Virus record (IMG/VR): IMGVR_UViG_3300042484_001840 | Coordinates: 64,001-128,000 of that record | From: a virus | DNA length: 64,000 nt | Strand: one strand, 5' to 3' | Shown here: positions 9,596 through 19,108 of the stretch, piece after piece | Layout: each line of letters starts with the position of its first letter | How positions within the stretch are numbered: position 1 is the first letter of the stretch | Made by a program: the position numbers and the translations under genes | Notes under the pieces: generated by a model | Seen by the model: only the letters and a program-made list of their open reading frames with translations | Told to the model about the DNA's origin: nothing | Databases searched by the model: none

Positions 9596-9653
9596 TTTTA
9601 CTCCTAGTTAGTAGATTATTTATTGTTAGTAGATGATTTATTAGATAAGTTTA

Positions 9654-9941
9654 TCAGGACTCTTCAAAGTAGTCAACAATCATTTCAAACTTGAGTGATG
9701 TCAAGTGTGCGATCACTGTGTCGGTTAGGCATATCCAGAGTTCTTGATCCTCAAGGATCTGCTCTCCTAATATTTCTAAATCCAAATCAGTGAGTTCATA
9801 CACAAAGTCATACAGGCTGTTTGGTACTACTGGCTCAAAGTTGTCGTTAACAATGCTTCGTATTAGTTGTGGGGAAAGAACAAGCGCGTTAGACGGTGGT
9901 GTCCGATCCCTCTTCCACCACCGTCGCTTGTTGAGAGTCAC
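9654..9941 (-). CDS. Hypothetical protein
   Basis: Part of an overlapping leftward operon. Confidence 0.5.
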   Translation of the reverse strand: MTLNKRRWWKRDRTPPSNALVLSPQLIRSIVNDNFEPVVPNSLYDFVYELTDLDLEILGEQILEDQELWICLTDTVIAHLTSLKFEMIVDYFEES

Positions 9942-10216
9942 TCTTCTCCGACCCAGCGGGCGAAGATGTCATAACGCTGTTTGCCGTCTTCCGATTGGAT
10001 GTATCGGCAAGTTGTTTCAATGCCGGGGTAAGCAATCTTCAGTCGTGTTGAGAATGTTGGCGATGATGCTCGCTTGAACACTGCCCATGACTTCGGCTTT
10101 TGCTTCAGTTCCTCCACGAATGGGAGATACTTCTTCATTGACTTTTCGGATGTGTCTTTTTTTTCTGTGCTCTTGCTGTGGGAAGGCTTTGGGTCTTCCC
10201 ATTGAATGTCAATCAT
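9938..10216 (-). CDS. Hypothetical protein
   Basis: Start MIDIQW with AAGGA RBS. Confidence 0.55.
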   Translation of the reverse strand: MIDIQWEDPKPSHSKSTEKKDTSEKSMKKYLPFVEELKQKPKSWAVFKRASSPTFSTRLKIAYPGIETTCRYIQSEDGKQRYDIFARWVGEE

Positions 10217-10401
10217 TTCCTTGTTTCCTTGTTCTGTGTAATCCCCATTAACCATGGGGTGTATTGGCTTGCGTACATTGACGCTTCAAAGAATGTTCTG
10301 AAGCGTCTCACTGTATCACTATGAGGAAAGTCTACACACCAATTGCGTGTGTCGCCATCCTTCTGAGTGATTTCTTCGTAGTAAATCGTAACCTTTCTCA
10401 C
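10213..10401 (-). CDS. Hypothetical protein
   Basis: Overlapping operon gene. Confidence 0.5.
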   Translation of the reverse strand: MRKVTIYYEEITQKDGDTRNWCVDFPHSDTVRRFRTFFEASMYASQYTPWLMGITQNKETRK

Positions 10402-10853
10402 TTCACCCCTCTTCCCTTAAACCTGTCGTGGGCTTCACGGATACCTTCCATGAATGAGAGATTGTAGGTTTCCCATAAATCGTCATCGCTCAAAATCCAA
10501 CTACCTGTCTCTTGGAGTTCTTCGTCAGTTGCGATACCAGCAACCCACAGGAGTGCGTCCTTGGTATCGGGGAATAAATCATAAGCACCAATGCCAATCA
10601 CTTCCCGTGCGTTCTCACGAAGCGCAGAGGGAGAGAACAGCATGGCATTGCCGTAGGTGACATCTGCTGGTACAGATGTATTGACAGGGCGACCGAGCCG
10701 TTCGGCAAGTTCGCACACGACACCATCGTCAAAGTAGTCGTCGCCAGTAATGCGAGCCTCGTCGTGGTCGTCAAGGTCGTCCATATCTATGATGACGCAT
10801 TCGCTAGCGTCAATGATTGTCTCAGTTCCTAAGTGAACAATAAACTTTGCCAT
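10398..10853 (-). CDS. Hypothetical acidic protein
   Basis: Start MAKFIV after the conserved ACTACTAACAAAGGA leader. Confidence 0.65.
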   Translation of the reverse strand: MAKFIVHLGTETIIDASECVIIDMDDLDDHDEARITGDDYFDDGVVCELAERLGRPVNTSVPADVTYGNAMLFSPSALRENAREVIGIGAYDLFPDTKDALLWVAGIATDEELQETGSWILSDDDLWETYNLSFMEGIREAHDRFKGRGVK

Positions 10854-10934
10854 AAGTAATCCTTTGTTAGTAGTTGCGTGTGTAATCATTATAGCAGGGT
10901 TATGTAGATTACACAACCCTGCTACTTAGATTTA

Positions 10935-11633
10935 TCAGATTATTTGTTCTGCTCGCTCTTTTATTTTGACTAGAGCGTCGTCAAAGAAATTATAGAACTG
11001 TTCATAACCGTCATCGTCATCAAGGTCAATGTCTCCCGATGGTGATGGCTCTTCGCTTTCGTCAAACATGACATCGCCATCCATGACGACGACATAGCCG
11101 ACATAGCCCATACCCGTTTCGCTGTACGCAACACTAAATGTAAGCGTCGGATACATCTCGGAGATTTTGACGAGGAAACCATTTGAGAATGGACTCCAAG
11201 CAGTGTTGTAGAAAATCTCCAACTGTCCGATTGGGGTAGCAGTTCCTATGGGTGCGTTTGTAATTTCAGTATCGTAGTCGCCCCACTTAGTTCCCCAGTT
11301 ACTATTTGCCCAGTCATACCAGTTGCTGTAGCCAGTCTCGGCTAGAGACTTCTGCCCAGCCTCGTACTTTTCCACTGTGTCTTTGACTAGGTGGTCGTAC
11401 CATTCCTGAGTCATCTTGCCATCGTCCAGCATGACCTTCCAATTTGGGTGAGGTTCAGGGGATGTTGGGGTTGGTGACTGCGTGCCATCTAGAGCACTAG
11501 GCATTGGGACTAATGAGGCAATTTTGACAATTCGGTTGCCATCCTTGTCGGTAGATTGGATATCGTTCCAAAAACGAGATAGTAGGGCATTGTCACCCTT
11601 GACTGTCATAGTGTTATCGCAATGGTTAGGCAT
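10935..11633 (-). CDS. DUF1281/YubB ferredoxin-like domain protein
   Basis: MPNHCDN start, NWYDWANSNWGTKW, YNTAWSP and YSETGMGYVG motifs. Confidence 0.75.
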   Translation of the reverse strand: MPNHCDNTMTVKGDNALLSRFWNDIQSTDKDGNRIVKIASLVPMPSALDGTQSPTPTSPEPHPNWKVMLDDGKMTQEWYDHLVKDTVEKYEAGQKSLAETGYSNWYDWANSNWGTKWGDYDTEITNAPIGTATPIGQLEIFYNTAWSPFSNGFLVKISEMYPTLTFSVAYSETGMGYVGYVVVMDGDVMFDESEEPSPSGDIDLDDDDGYEQFYNFFDDALVKIKERAEQII

Positions 11634-11690
11634 TGTGTGTCCTTTCGGTAGTAGTTGATTGTATAAGTATACACTGTATTTTGTGTAATG

Positions 11691-11987
11691 TCAACACGCA
11701 GAGTTAATAAAATCCTGAGCGAGGACACTAAAATCTTGATTGTCGTGCTTGAAAAATCTTTCCCAATCGCTATCCCCACAAGCAAGCAATACAGCAAGCC
11801 CTGCTAAAGCGACGGGGAGTGAGTCATATGTTTCGGTGTAATCGTTAGCAACGAAGTCTGTCCACCAAAGCGAATACTTGCCATCGTTCTCGTGGAGTTC
11901 TATGCCGATATGGTACTTGTCCACGATGAATGAGTAGAGGGAAATACCGTTCTCATTGTCTGTGCTGAAATCTTTGAAAATCTTCAT
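11691..11987 (-). CDS. Hypothetical protein
   Basis: AAGGAG RBS. Confidence 0.6.
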   Translation of the reverse strand: MKIFKDFSTDNENGISLYSFIVDKYHIGIELHENDGKYSLWWTDFVANDYTETYDSLPVALAGLAVLLACGDSDWERFFKHDNQDFSVLAQDFINSAC

Positions 11988-12295
11988 TTGTAGTTTCTCC
12001 TTAGTGAGTTAGTACGGCTTTTTGCGTCCATTGCTTCTTTGCCCCACAGACTGTGGAGTGTGTAATGTTGGATAAGTAACCCAACAGCCTTCCAGATATC
12101 CTCTGCTGTCCATTCACTGTCGTCGCCCATGTCAGGGTTATCAAAGTCAATGTCGTAGATAAATCCATCTAAAGCAACTTCAGGAGTGCTGACAAGCGTG
12201 TAGTAGTGCTCGTCAATAATCTCAGCGAGTTCGTGAATTGCCCGACTTTCGTTGGCAAGTTCTTCCATCTCTGCGTGCTGTTCCCATGAAATCAT
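11984..12295 (-). CDS. Hypothetical protein
   Basis: Conserved promoter/leader cassette upstream. Confidence 0.6.
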   Translation of the reverse strand: MISWEQHAEMEELANESRAIHELAEIIDEHYYTLVSTPEVALDGFIYDIDFDNPDMGDDSEWTAEDIWKAVGLLIQHYTLHSLWGKEAMDAKSRTNSLRRNYK

Positions 12296-12381
12296 TACTG
12301 TGTCCTTTCGTAGTAGGTATAGGTGTAAGTATACACGCTGAGAAGCAATAAAGCAACCCAGCGTGTAAACTTTTTAAAAAA

Positions 12382-12846
12382 TCACCAAGATGATGAGTAG
12401 TTAAACTCCCAGTCTTCGGGGAGTGTCAGCAACTTCCCAATAGCGTCGGCGGTGTATTGGACATTGCCCATATACCACTCGTCGTATTCTGTGCCCCCAA
12501 AGAAAAAGCCCTCTTGGACTGGCAGGAGTTCGCTAGCGAGAGAGTTGTCAGCGAGAACCTTTTTGCAAATGTCCACGAGTTCCGTTAGTTGGTCTCGTGA
12601 CACATAGGAAGTCTGACAGTTGTCTAAACCGTCTTGACAGTTCTTGACGAACCAGCCGTGAACGGCATTAGCCTTTCGCCAGTAGGCAACCTTAACTTCA
12701 ATAGAAGCAGATGGAAGTTCGTCGCTAACGAAATCGCCAATCTTGGAAAGTTCCATAAGTGACTGATAGAGAGCATTGCTCTCAGGTGTGCTCCACTTCG
12801 TTCCCGAAGCGTATTTGCGTGCGTATAAAAATTGGTCAAGTCCCAT
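12382..12846 (-). CDS. Conserved phage protein (MGLD...YWRKAN family)
   Basis: MGLDQ, YWRKANAVHGWF and GFFFGGTEYDEWY motifs; ends YSSSW. Confidence 0.75.
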   Translation of the reverse strand: MGLDQFLYARKYASGTKWSTPESNALYQSLMELSKIGDFVSDELPSASIEVKVAYWRKANAVHGWFVKNCQDGLDNCQTSYVSRDQLTELVDICKKVLADNSLASELLPVQEGFFFGGTEYDEWYMGNVQYTADAIGKLLTLPEDWEFNYSSSW

Positions 12847-12928
12847 TGTTGTGTCCTTTGTTAGTAGTTGTGTGTGTAATCATTATACAGTATCTGTAGG
12901 GGTTTTGCAACCCCTACAGAAAGATTTA

Positions 12929-13240
12929 TCAGAGTGACCGAAAGTAATAGCCGTCTGTTTCCCAAAAGTCGCCACCTTGGAATAGGTCATGGGCATACTT
13001 GGCGAAATCAAAGTATCGCCAAACTCGCTCGTGAATGCCATCCATAAAGCAACTCTCATAAGCATGGAACTCTCCGAACTCTTTATGCGAGCCGAAGTAC
13101 CCATAATAGGAGTCGGTATAGTCACTGATTTCGCCCTCTGCGTCCTCGGCAGAAATATGGTAATTGAGACAAAACTCAGTGAATGAATTGACATCTAAAC
13201 CGTTGTCCTCGGCAATGCTTTCATAAGTAATGGTGTCCAT
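12929..13240 (-). CDS. ArdA-like acidic antirestriction (DNA mimic) protein, C-terminal domains only
   Basis: Acidic; YYGYF...YFDFAKYAHDLF..GDF...GYYFR resembles the ArdA C-terminus. Confidence 0.6.
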   Translation of the reverse strand: MDTITYESIAEDNGLDVNSFTEFCLNYHISAEDAEGEISDYTDSYYGYFGSHKEFGEFHAYESCFMDGIHERVWRYFDFAKYAHDLFQGGDFWETDGYYFRSL

Positions 13241-13318
13241 AGTAATCCCTTCGTAGTGGTGTTAGATAAGTATAGCAGGTCTGTGTAAGGTTTACAACCT
13301 TATCATCAGATTTCTTTC

Positions 13319-13615
13319 TCAGAGCCGACCACCGTAGTCTCGCTCGTTGTAGTAGCGATTTTCCCACTGTGCTTGCTTTTCAGCATCAGCGATTTCGGTT
13401 TCCAACTCTTCAAAGATTTCCTTCATTGCTTCAATGACGAGTGAGTGGATATCGGCAACAGTGCCGTGGTTTTTAATTCCGATACCGACATTCTGTGCTT
13501 CTCGCACTTCGTCATACCAATTGAAAAGTGCTTGCCACTCTCCAATGTTGCGAGCGTTGTATTCGTCAGCAATAAGTTGCTTGATGACTTCCGTAAAGTT
13601 AGTGGTGGTTTCCAT
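13319..13615 (-). CDS. Hypothetical protein
   Basis: Start METTT after the conserved leader. Confidence 0.6.
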   Translation of the reverse strand: METTTNFTEVIKQLIADEYNARNIGEWQALFNWYDEVREAQNVGIGIKNHGTVADIHSLVIEAMKEIFEELETEIADAEKQAQWENRYYNERDYGGRL

Positions 13616-13777
13616 AGTTGTCCTTTTCCGTAGTAGTGGCTTACCAGATAAGTATAGCAGATATGTGTAACAATTACAACATCTAAATAGATATTTATTA
13701 GATTTTTTTTTGCGCCGTAACCTATAGGACAAGTATAGCAGATGGGTGTAACAATTACAACCTATTTATAGATAAAG

Positions 13778-13810
13778 TTATCCACAAAGTTATCCACAGA
13801 CTTATTCACA
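13778..13810 (+). promoter_or_regulatory. DnaA-box cluster (3 boxes, 12-bp pitch)
   Basis: TTATCCACA at 13778 and 13790; TTATTCACA at 13802. Confidence 0.75.
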
Positions 13811-13940
13811 GGCAAAAAATAGGGGGTCATCCGCCACCGTACGAAAAAGAGACACACAGTCCCGTACCCCAAATCGGGGAGCGGGGCTATCAACCTTCAT
13901 GACAAATTCTGTCAATACTTGCAAGCATTAGCCCCGCAAC

Positions 13941-13954
13941 CGAACTAATGTTCG
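13941..13954. promoter_or_regulatory. LexA (SOS) box
   Basis: CGAAC-TAAT-GTTCG matches the Gram-positive/actinobacterial GAAC-N4-GTTC consensus; ends 4 bp before the ATG at 13959. Confidence 0.7.
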
Positions 13955-13958
13955 TAGC

Positions 13959-14324
13959 ATGATCAACCAGAATAAGTGGACAACCCACATCACAGCACTC
14001 CGCTCATATGCGGAACGAACAGGAACTACGCGAGTCCCGCGGACTCATGTAGAAAATACAGAAACAGGTGAAGTGCGCCTCGGCGCTTGGGTGTCGTATG
14101 TTCGTCACCGCCAGCGCAAGGGACACTTGTCAGTTGTGCAGATTCAGGAACTTGCAACACTCCCGAATTGGCACTACGAACCACTGCCCGCAGGACGGAC
14201 AGGCGACTCTGCCCGTGACGCTCTCATTCAAGCACGGTCTGAAGATGGCGCACGAGTCCGTGAACTCTCACAAGAGTTTGGTCTTACTCGTCAGCGGATT
14301 CATCAAATTATTTCAGCCAAGTGA
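13959..14324 (+). CDS. Helicase-associated (HA) domain plus C-terminal HTH protein
   Basis: W...L..Y...G..RVP..H...LGAWV...R HA motif; VRELSQEFGLTRQRIHQI HTH. Confidence 0.72.
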   Translation: MINQNKWTTHITALRSYAERTGTTRVPRTHVENTETGEVRLGAWVSYVRHRQRKGHLSVVQIQELATLPNWHYEPLPAGRTGDSARDALIQARSEDGARVRELSQEFGLTRQRIHQIISAK

Positions 14325-14608
14325 ACAAGATGAATGAGTCATACGCCGAGTGGCAGAGAGAGTTTAGGAAGTCACAACAGGTGAAGCCGAAGAGTGAGAA
14401 AGTGAAACCAAAAGGTTTCGTACTGTTTCTCGCAATGATCTTCTACTCGCTCATAGTGTCTGTGATTTTTTTCGTTGTCGTCACTCTTGCCCTAAGTATT
14501 GCAGGGTGGTCAGACTTCCTGTCTGCTCGTGAAGTGTTCGGTATATGTTTTGGCATCTCTTCACTCAGGGGACTTGACAGAGTTTTCTACGGTAGGAATC
14601 CTTTTTAG
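14321..14608 (+). CDS. Membrane protein
   Basis: Long hydrophobic segment. Confidence 0.55.
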   Translation: MNKMNESYAEWQREFRKSQQVKPKSEKVKPKGFVLFLAMIFYSLIVSVIFFVVVTLALSIAGWSDFLSAREVFGICFGISSLRGLDRVFYGRNPF

Positions 14609-14615
14609 ATATAGC

Positions 14616-14650
14616 AAAGAGCGGTAGGTGATAAACACCTACCGCTCTTT
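14616..14650. terminator. Bidirectional intrinsic terminator
   Basis: AAAGAGCGGTAGGTG-ATAAA-CACCTACCGCTCTTT perfect stem between convergent genes. Confidence 0.8.
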
Positions 14651-14694
14651 TGTGAAGCAGAGAGGAAAGGACAAGTAACCCTCTGCTAAGAAAG

Positions 14695-16044
14695 TCAGTC
14701 GTCTAAGTTTCGTTCTTTCCAAACTGACGAGTTCTTGATTTCACCAACAGCGTTAGCCTTAAGTCTCTTGCCTTGCTTGACTTGTTTCAATGCCTTGATA
14801 GCACCTTCAACATCATTAACTTGGTGAATACTGTGCTTAATAACAAGGTTCGCACACTCATCAGTCAGGTTGGCAAAGTTATTGTCGCCCTTGCCATCGG
14901 TAACATAACCATCGCAAACCCAAATGAATGGTTCGCCTTGCTTACGCTTGGCTTGTGCGAAACGAATAGCAGGACCATCAACGCCGTTACCGCCGTTGCC
15001 AGTAGGAACTTTCTCAACAACCTTGCCTCGTTCTGCCATTACCCAAACATTCGGGATTTCCTCAGAACCAACTCGGTGAGAGTAACCAATGATTACGCAA
15101 CCGGGCGCTTCCTCAATAATCTCCCACAAGTTTTCTGTTTCCAAACGCATTGAACCTGATTGGTCAATAAGAACAACACCGCCTCGTCCCTTAGCACGAC
15201 GATCAAAAATGCGTCGCTCAGGGTCTGTCAACATTCGTCCAATGCGACGAGGGTTGCGACCAATGTTAGTAGCAACTCTTTTTCGTCCAAGGTTTCCGTC
15301 AACAGCACGAGGCTTTGGAAGTTCTAATTCAATGAGTCTAGCGAACGCACCAGCGCCTGATTTTGCAATGTTCTTGACATCAGGAATTTCCTCGTTACCA
15401 AACTCATCAGGAGTTCCATCGTTACCTTCAGGCTTTAGCAAACTTTCAAGAAGTCGTGCGATAGGAACGGTCAACTTGTTGAAACCTTGCGGTAGACCAT
15501 TCTCATCCGCCACCGTGGAAGCAACAGCAGGTGTTTTTTTCCATATCTTGGCGAGTGCTTTTTGCAATTCTCGTGCTTGCTTCTCAAACTCAGGATTCGT
15601 TGTCTTGAGTCCTCGTAAGAAGTTTGCACCAGCCTTAGTGCCAGCGACAGCAGGAAGGAAACGAACAACTCCGTTCCAATCTCCGTTCTCGCCAATGATT
15701 TTTCCTGTCTGCGATTCAGAACCGTCTGCTAGTGCGTCAATAGGGAAGCCCTGTTTTGCAACCAACATATTCACACGAAACTCCTCTGCCATCATAAGCA
15801 GGTCAGTTTCAATTCCTAGTGCCAGCATTGCTTCAGGATTCGTTGGCGAAACTTTTGCGTGCATAAGTTCGTGAGCACGAACGACACGAGAAGTGTCGTC
15901 AGCGCCGTACGGTACTCGCATTTTTGCCGCTCGCATTTCTGTCCAAGCGTCACCTCGCACGGGGTTGCCCTCTTGGACTTCCCACGCACGAGGCTCAATG
16001 TCACGCCTGTTGATAAATTCGGGCATTGCTTTCATAACCTGCAT
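14695..16044 (-). CDS. vWA-domain protein with N-terminal HExxH metallopeptidase motif (CobT-like MoxR partner)
   Basis: AHELMH; MIDAS motif IDQSGSM; GGN.D and VCDG. Confidence 0.75.
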   Translation of the reverse strand: MQVMKAMPEFINRRDIEPRAWEVQEGNPVRGDAWTEMRAAKMRVPYGADDTSRVVRAHELMHAKVSPTNPEAMLALGIETDLLMMAEEFRVNMLVAKQGFPIDALADGSESQTGKIIGENGDWNGVVRFLPAVAGTKAGANFLRGLKTTNPEFEKQARELQKALAKIWKKTPAVASTVADENGLPQGFNKLTVPIARLLESLLKPEGNDGTPDEFGNEEIPDVKNIAKSGAGAFARLIELELPKPRAVDGNLGRKRVATNIGRNPRRIGRMLTDPERRIFDRRAKGRGGVVLIDQSGSMRLETENLWEIIEEAPGCVIIGYSHRVGSEEIPNVWVMAERGKVVEKVPTGNGGNGVDGPAIRFAQAKRKQGEPFIWVCDGYVTDGKGDNNFANLTDECANLVIKHSIHQVNDVEGAIKALKQVKQGKRLKANAVGEIKNSSVWKERNLDD

Positions 16045-16045
16045 A

Positions 16046-16765
16046 TCAAGAAACTCCGTTCACTAAGATTGCGTCTAATACGGACTGATAGTGTTTTCCG
16101 AAAGTTAGGCGTGCCGCCTTCTCCACAGAAACTGTTTTGCGTAGAGTGTCAAACGCCATAAATGCTCGGATAGAGAAACGCCTATCCTTGTCAGCGTCAG
16201 CCGAAGCGGCCGCCGCTCCTCGCAAATCAGGCGAGAGCATTGTCAGAGCGTCAGGGTGAGGCGTGTTGATTCGCACAGCAACGGGAAAGCGGTCTTTGAG
16301 AGCCTGAGGCAACTCACGCATATCCTCAATGTTCGTGGTCATAAACACCGAGAAGCCTTTTTTCGGCTTCAAGATTCGTCCTGTCTCAGGATGTTCCCAA
16401 GAGGCAGATTCCTCACTGTCAAACATCGCAAGTAGTTGCGACATAACATCGCCTGACGCACGGTCAATTTCGTCAGCGACAACTCGTCCGCCGTTGATAC
16501 CGTCGCCTTGCCACGCCTTGATAACAGTGCCATCTTGCCATTTCCAAGTGCCATCGCCTGATGGCTTGAAGTGACCAGTAACATCGGCACTCGTCATATC
16601 CTCGTTACAGATAAGACGGTGAGCACCTGCCGAAACATTGCCAAATGTAAGACCAGCGAATGTTTTGCCCGTTCCTGGCGGTCCGAACAGAATTAGTTTG
16701 TTGATTCCTGAGTCAAGAATGTCGTTGACATCTTGCCAGCATTCGGGGAGATTAGTAGTAGTCAT
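16046..16765 (-). CDS. MoxR/CobS-like AAA+ ATPase
   Basis: Walker A GPPGTGKT, Walker B VADEID, TTN sensor and ALKDRF. Confidence 0.85.
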   Translation of the reverse strand: MTTTNLPECWQDVNDILDSGINKLILFGPPGTGKTFAGLTFGNVSAGAHRLICNEDMTSADVTGHFKPSGDGTWKWQDGTVIKAWQGDGINGGRVVADEIDRASGDVMSQLLAMFDSEESASWEHPETGRILKPKKGFSVFMTTNIEDMRELPQALKDRFPVAVRINTPHPDALTMLSPDLRGAAAASADADKDRRFSIRAFMAFDTLRKTVSVEKAARLTFGKHYQSVLDAILVNGVS

Positions 16766-16909
16766 AGTTTGTCCTTTGCTAGTAGCGGGTTTTCCCGTGT
16801 TTGATAAGTATACACCCTGTGTGTAGAAATTGCAACTTTATTTCAGAAATTATTTGACATTTTTTTTAGAATGTAGTGGCAGGGAGATTTCCCCCCTGCC
16901 ACTCACTCA

Positions 16910-17308
16910 TCAGGCGACCTGAGAGATATTGACTACATTCTCAGTGTCGTTGGCGATTTCCGTGACTCGTACTTGGTCGTACTTAGTGACGGTAGTAATC
17001 GCCTCAGCAATATCGCTGGGGATAACGCCCAACTCAACGGCGGACTTGAATTTCTTACCGTCCACTTCAAGTTTGGTAACTTGCTTGAGAACGATAGGCG
17101 AGACAAGTTCGGTCAATGCCTTCAGGTTGTACTTGGGTCGCTCACCATTGACGATGAGAACCTTTTGTCCGTCCACGACATTGAAGTTGAGTCCCTTTTC
17201 AGCGTAGGCAAGTTTCAAGTCTGCCTCTGCTTGGGCTTTAGCCTTTTCAGCATTTTCCAATGCTTGCTTGGCATTCAAGTAGTTGAGAGTGATTTGTGTG
17301 AGATTCAT
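16910..17308 (-). CDS. Hypothetical protein (N-terminal coiled coil)
   Basis: Conserved promoter/leader upstream; hairpin at 16876-16902 downstream. Confidence 0.65.
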   Translation of the reverse strand: MNLTQITLNYLNAKQALENAEKAKAQAEADLKLAYAEKGLNFNVVDGQKVLIVNGERPKYNLKALTELVSPIVLKQVTKLEVDGKKFKSAVELGVIPSDIAEAITTVTKYDQVRVTEIANDTENVVNISQVA

Positions 17309-17387
17309 AATTTGTCCCTTTCAGTAGTGGTGTGTATTCATTATACAGGTTGTGCGTAACAATTGCAACCTTATTTCTAAATTATTT

Positions 17388-17615
17388 TCAGAATTCGTAT
17401 TCGTCGCCTGTTGATACCCAACAGATTTCGCCATCTTGAAAACCTTGGCGGTAAAGTTTGCCAAGAACAACAAGTAAGCCGTTAGAGATACTCCCCAACT
17501 TGCTTGTGATGTATTCCTCGGCGGTAGCGTCGGTACTAAACAACTCGTAATTAGTGGCAATGTAATCGCCGTGCATTTCTCCATAAAGAACCGCTTGAAA
17601 GAAATTCGTACTCAT
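17388..17615 (-). CDS. Hypothetical protein
   Basis: Cassette leader upstream. Confidence 0.6.
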   Translation of the reverse strand: MSTNFFQAVLYGEMHGDYIATNYELFSTDATAEEYITSKLGSISNGLLVVLGKLYRQGFQDGEICWVSTGDEYEF

Positions 17616-17698
17616 ATTGTGTCCCTTCGTTAGTAATTGCTTGCGGAAATAAGTATATCAGGTGGGTGTATGAATTACAACATTATTACTTAGATTTA

Positions 17699-17764
17699 TC
17701 AGATATTTTTCAGAACCATAGATAATGTTCCGAGTAGGTATAGACCAACGAATAAGAGTCCCAT
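17699..17764 (-). CDS. 21-aa hydrophobic micropeptide
   Basis: MGLLFVGLYLLGTLSMVLKNI, with its own promoter and CTACTACAGAAGGA leader. Confidence 0.5.
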   Translation of the reverse strand: MGLLFVGLYLLGTLSMVLKNI

Positions 17765-17880
17765 AGTAATCCTTCTGTAGTAGGTGAAATATAAGTATAC
17801 AGGTTGGGTGTAAGAATTACAACCTTATTTATGTTACAGAATGATTACAATAATTGTAACAGAAATGTTATATTAAAATG

Positions 17881-17947
17881 TTGTATTTGTTACACAGAAG
17901 TGCTATACTTATATTCGTAAGTTACTACTACCGAAAAGGACAAAACT
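17881..17947 (+). promoter_or_regulatory. Representative early promoter plus leader
   Basis: TTGTAT-17bp(containing TACAC)-TATACT, then ACTACTACCGAAAAGGA before the ATG; about 35 related copies occur in 10.8-42.9 kb. Confidence 0.8.
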
Positions 17948-18145
17948 ATGGAAGCGAAATGTTGCGCCGATAAGCCGATGCTAGAAGTTTATGGTTACGA
18001 GGGTTGTGCGGATTGTTACGATAAATGGTGCGAGGGCGAACTTATCGCCTATGAAGATTTACGCCGTGCAGAGTTCGCAAACTCTTGGGTGATTGGTGGC
18101 GGTTACGCCTCAGACGCTGATCTCGCTTACGAACAGTTTGCGTGA
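17948..18145 (+). CDS. Small Cys-rich hypothetical protein
   Basis: Cassette promoter/leader upstream. Confidence 0.6.
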   Translation: MEAKCCADKPMLEVYGYEGCADCYDKWCEGELIAYEDLRRAEFANSWVIGGGYASDADLAYEQFA

Positions 18146-18298
18146 TGGCGAGTCCCACTGCTGAAAGGCGGTGGGACAACCACTTAGTCCCGCTTGGGCA
18201 GTCTCATCCGCCACCGTCATTCATTGGGAGCGCGCGTGCGGGGCTATCTCGGTATACCCCACCCCTAAAGCCCCGTATCCCCCAAAAATTTCTGGGGG

Positions 18299-18330
18299 TT
18301 ATCCACAGGCTGGGGATAACCTGTGGATAA
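18299..18330. promoter_or_regulatory. DnaA-box cluster (3 boxes)
   Basis: TTATCCACA at 18299, TGGGGATAA at 18311 (1 mismatch), TGTGGATAA at 18322. Confidence 0.7.
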
Positions 18331-18340
18331 CTTTGACCCG

Positions 18341-18517
18341 TCAGCAAGCCCCCTCACAATACTCGCAAGTGGTCTCGTCAACTTCGTGACAGCCATTCCA
18401 GCCTTCGTCAACTTTGTTGTTGTCGGCGCAATACTGTATGCGACACCAGTCAGAACAGAAAACAATTCTGTCAACGATGTCGCCACTCTTATCTTCAATC
18501 AAAAGTAGGTGAGCCAT
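18341..18517 (-). CDS. Small Cys-rich hypothetical protein (58 aa)
   Basis: Manually translated MAHLLLIEDKSG...FCSDWC...CEYCEGAC after a cassette leader. Confidence 0.6.
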   Translation of the reverse strand: MAHLLLIEDKSGDIVDRIVFCSDWCRIQYCADNNKVDEGWNGCHEVDETTCEYCEGAC

Positions 18518-18647
18518 TATTTTGTCCCTTCGGTAGTAGTGCCTTACCTTATCTATTATAGCAGGCGGGTGTAGAAATTACAACTCGATTTGTTAAATTT
18601 ATTTAGAACTTTGGGGGCGGACTTTCGCCCGCCCCCAACGCTCATGA

Positions 18648-18935
18648 TCAGGCTTCGCACTCGCAGTCGTAGTGGAGTTCTTCGCACCAACCGCAGTGGT
18701 CACGATCCCACTCTTCGTCTTCGTCTTCTTCGTCCTGAATGTCAAAAGACACCCAAGCCATGACGGTACGAAGCAAGTGGTCGTAATCGCCAGCAGTGGC
18801 GTTCTGAGTGAACTCAGCGATTACTTCCCGTGATACGCCGTGATTACGGAGCGCACCACAAACTCTTGCGATAATGCTGAACGCATTACCGTCCTGCCCG
18901 ACGAGCAGAACCGAAACTTCAGGATACTTAACCAT
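18648..18935 (-). CDS. Conserved small phage protein
   Basis: LVGQDGNAFSII...AL...GDYDHLL motif. Confidence 0.7.
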   Translation of the reverse strand: MVKYPEVSVLLVGQDGNAFSIIARVCGALRNHGVSREVIAEFTQNATAGDYDHLLRTVMAWVSFDIQDEEDEDEEWDRDHCGWCEELHYDCECEA

Positions 18936-19108
18936 AATTTGTCCCTTCGTTAGTAGTTTTTCCTTACCTGATAAGTATAGCAGATAGGTGTAACAACTAC
19001 ACCATTGTAGAGCGTGTCATTTGTCACATAAGATTTATTCGTAAAAGTGTGTAAATGCTACACCCACCTGCTATAATATATATATCACCTACTACGAAAG
19101 GAAAAAAT

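Noticed and set aside
15089-15874. 261-aa plus-strand ORF and other long antisense ORFs
   Set aside because: They are shadows of well-supported genes on the opposite strand.
14695-16765. Cobalamin biosynthesis cobS/cobT as auxiliary metabolic genes
   Set aside because: Only generic MoxR/vWA motifs are present, with no cobN or other cob genes, so the label is not supported.
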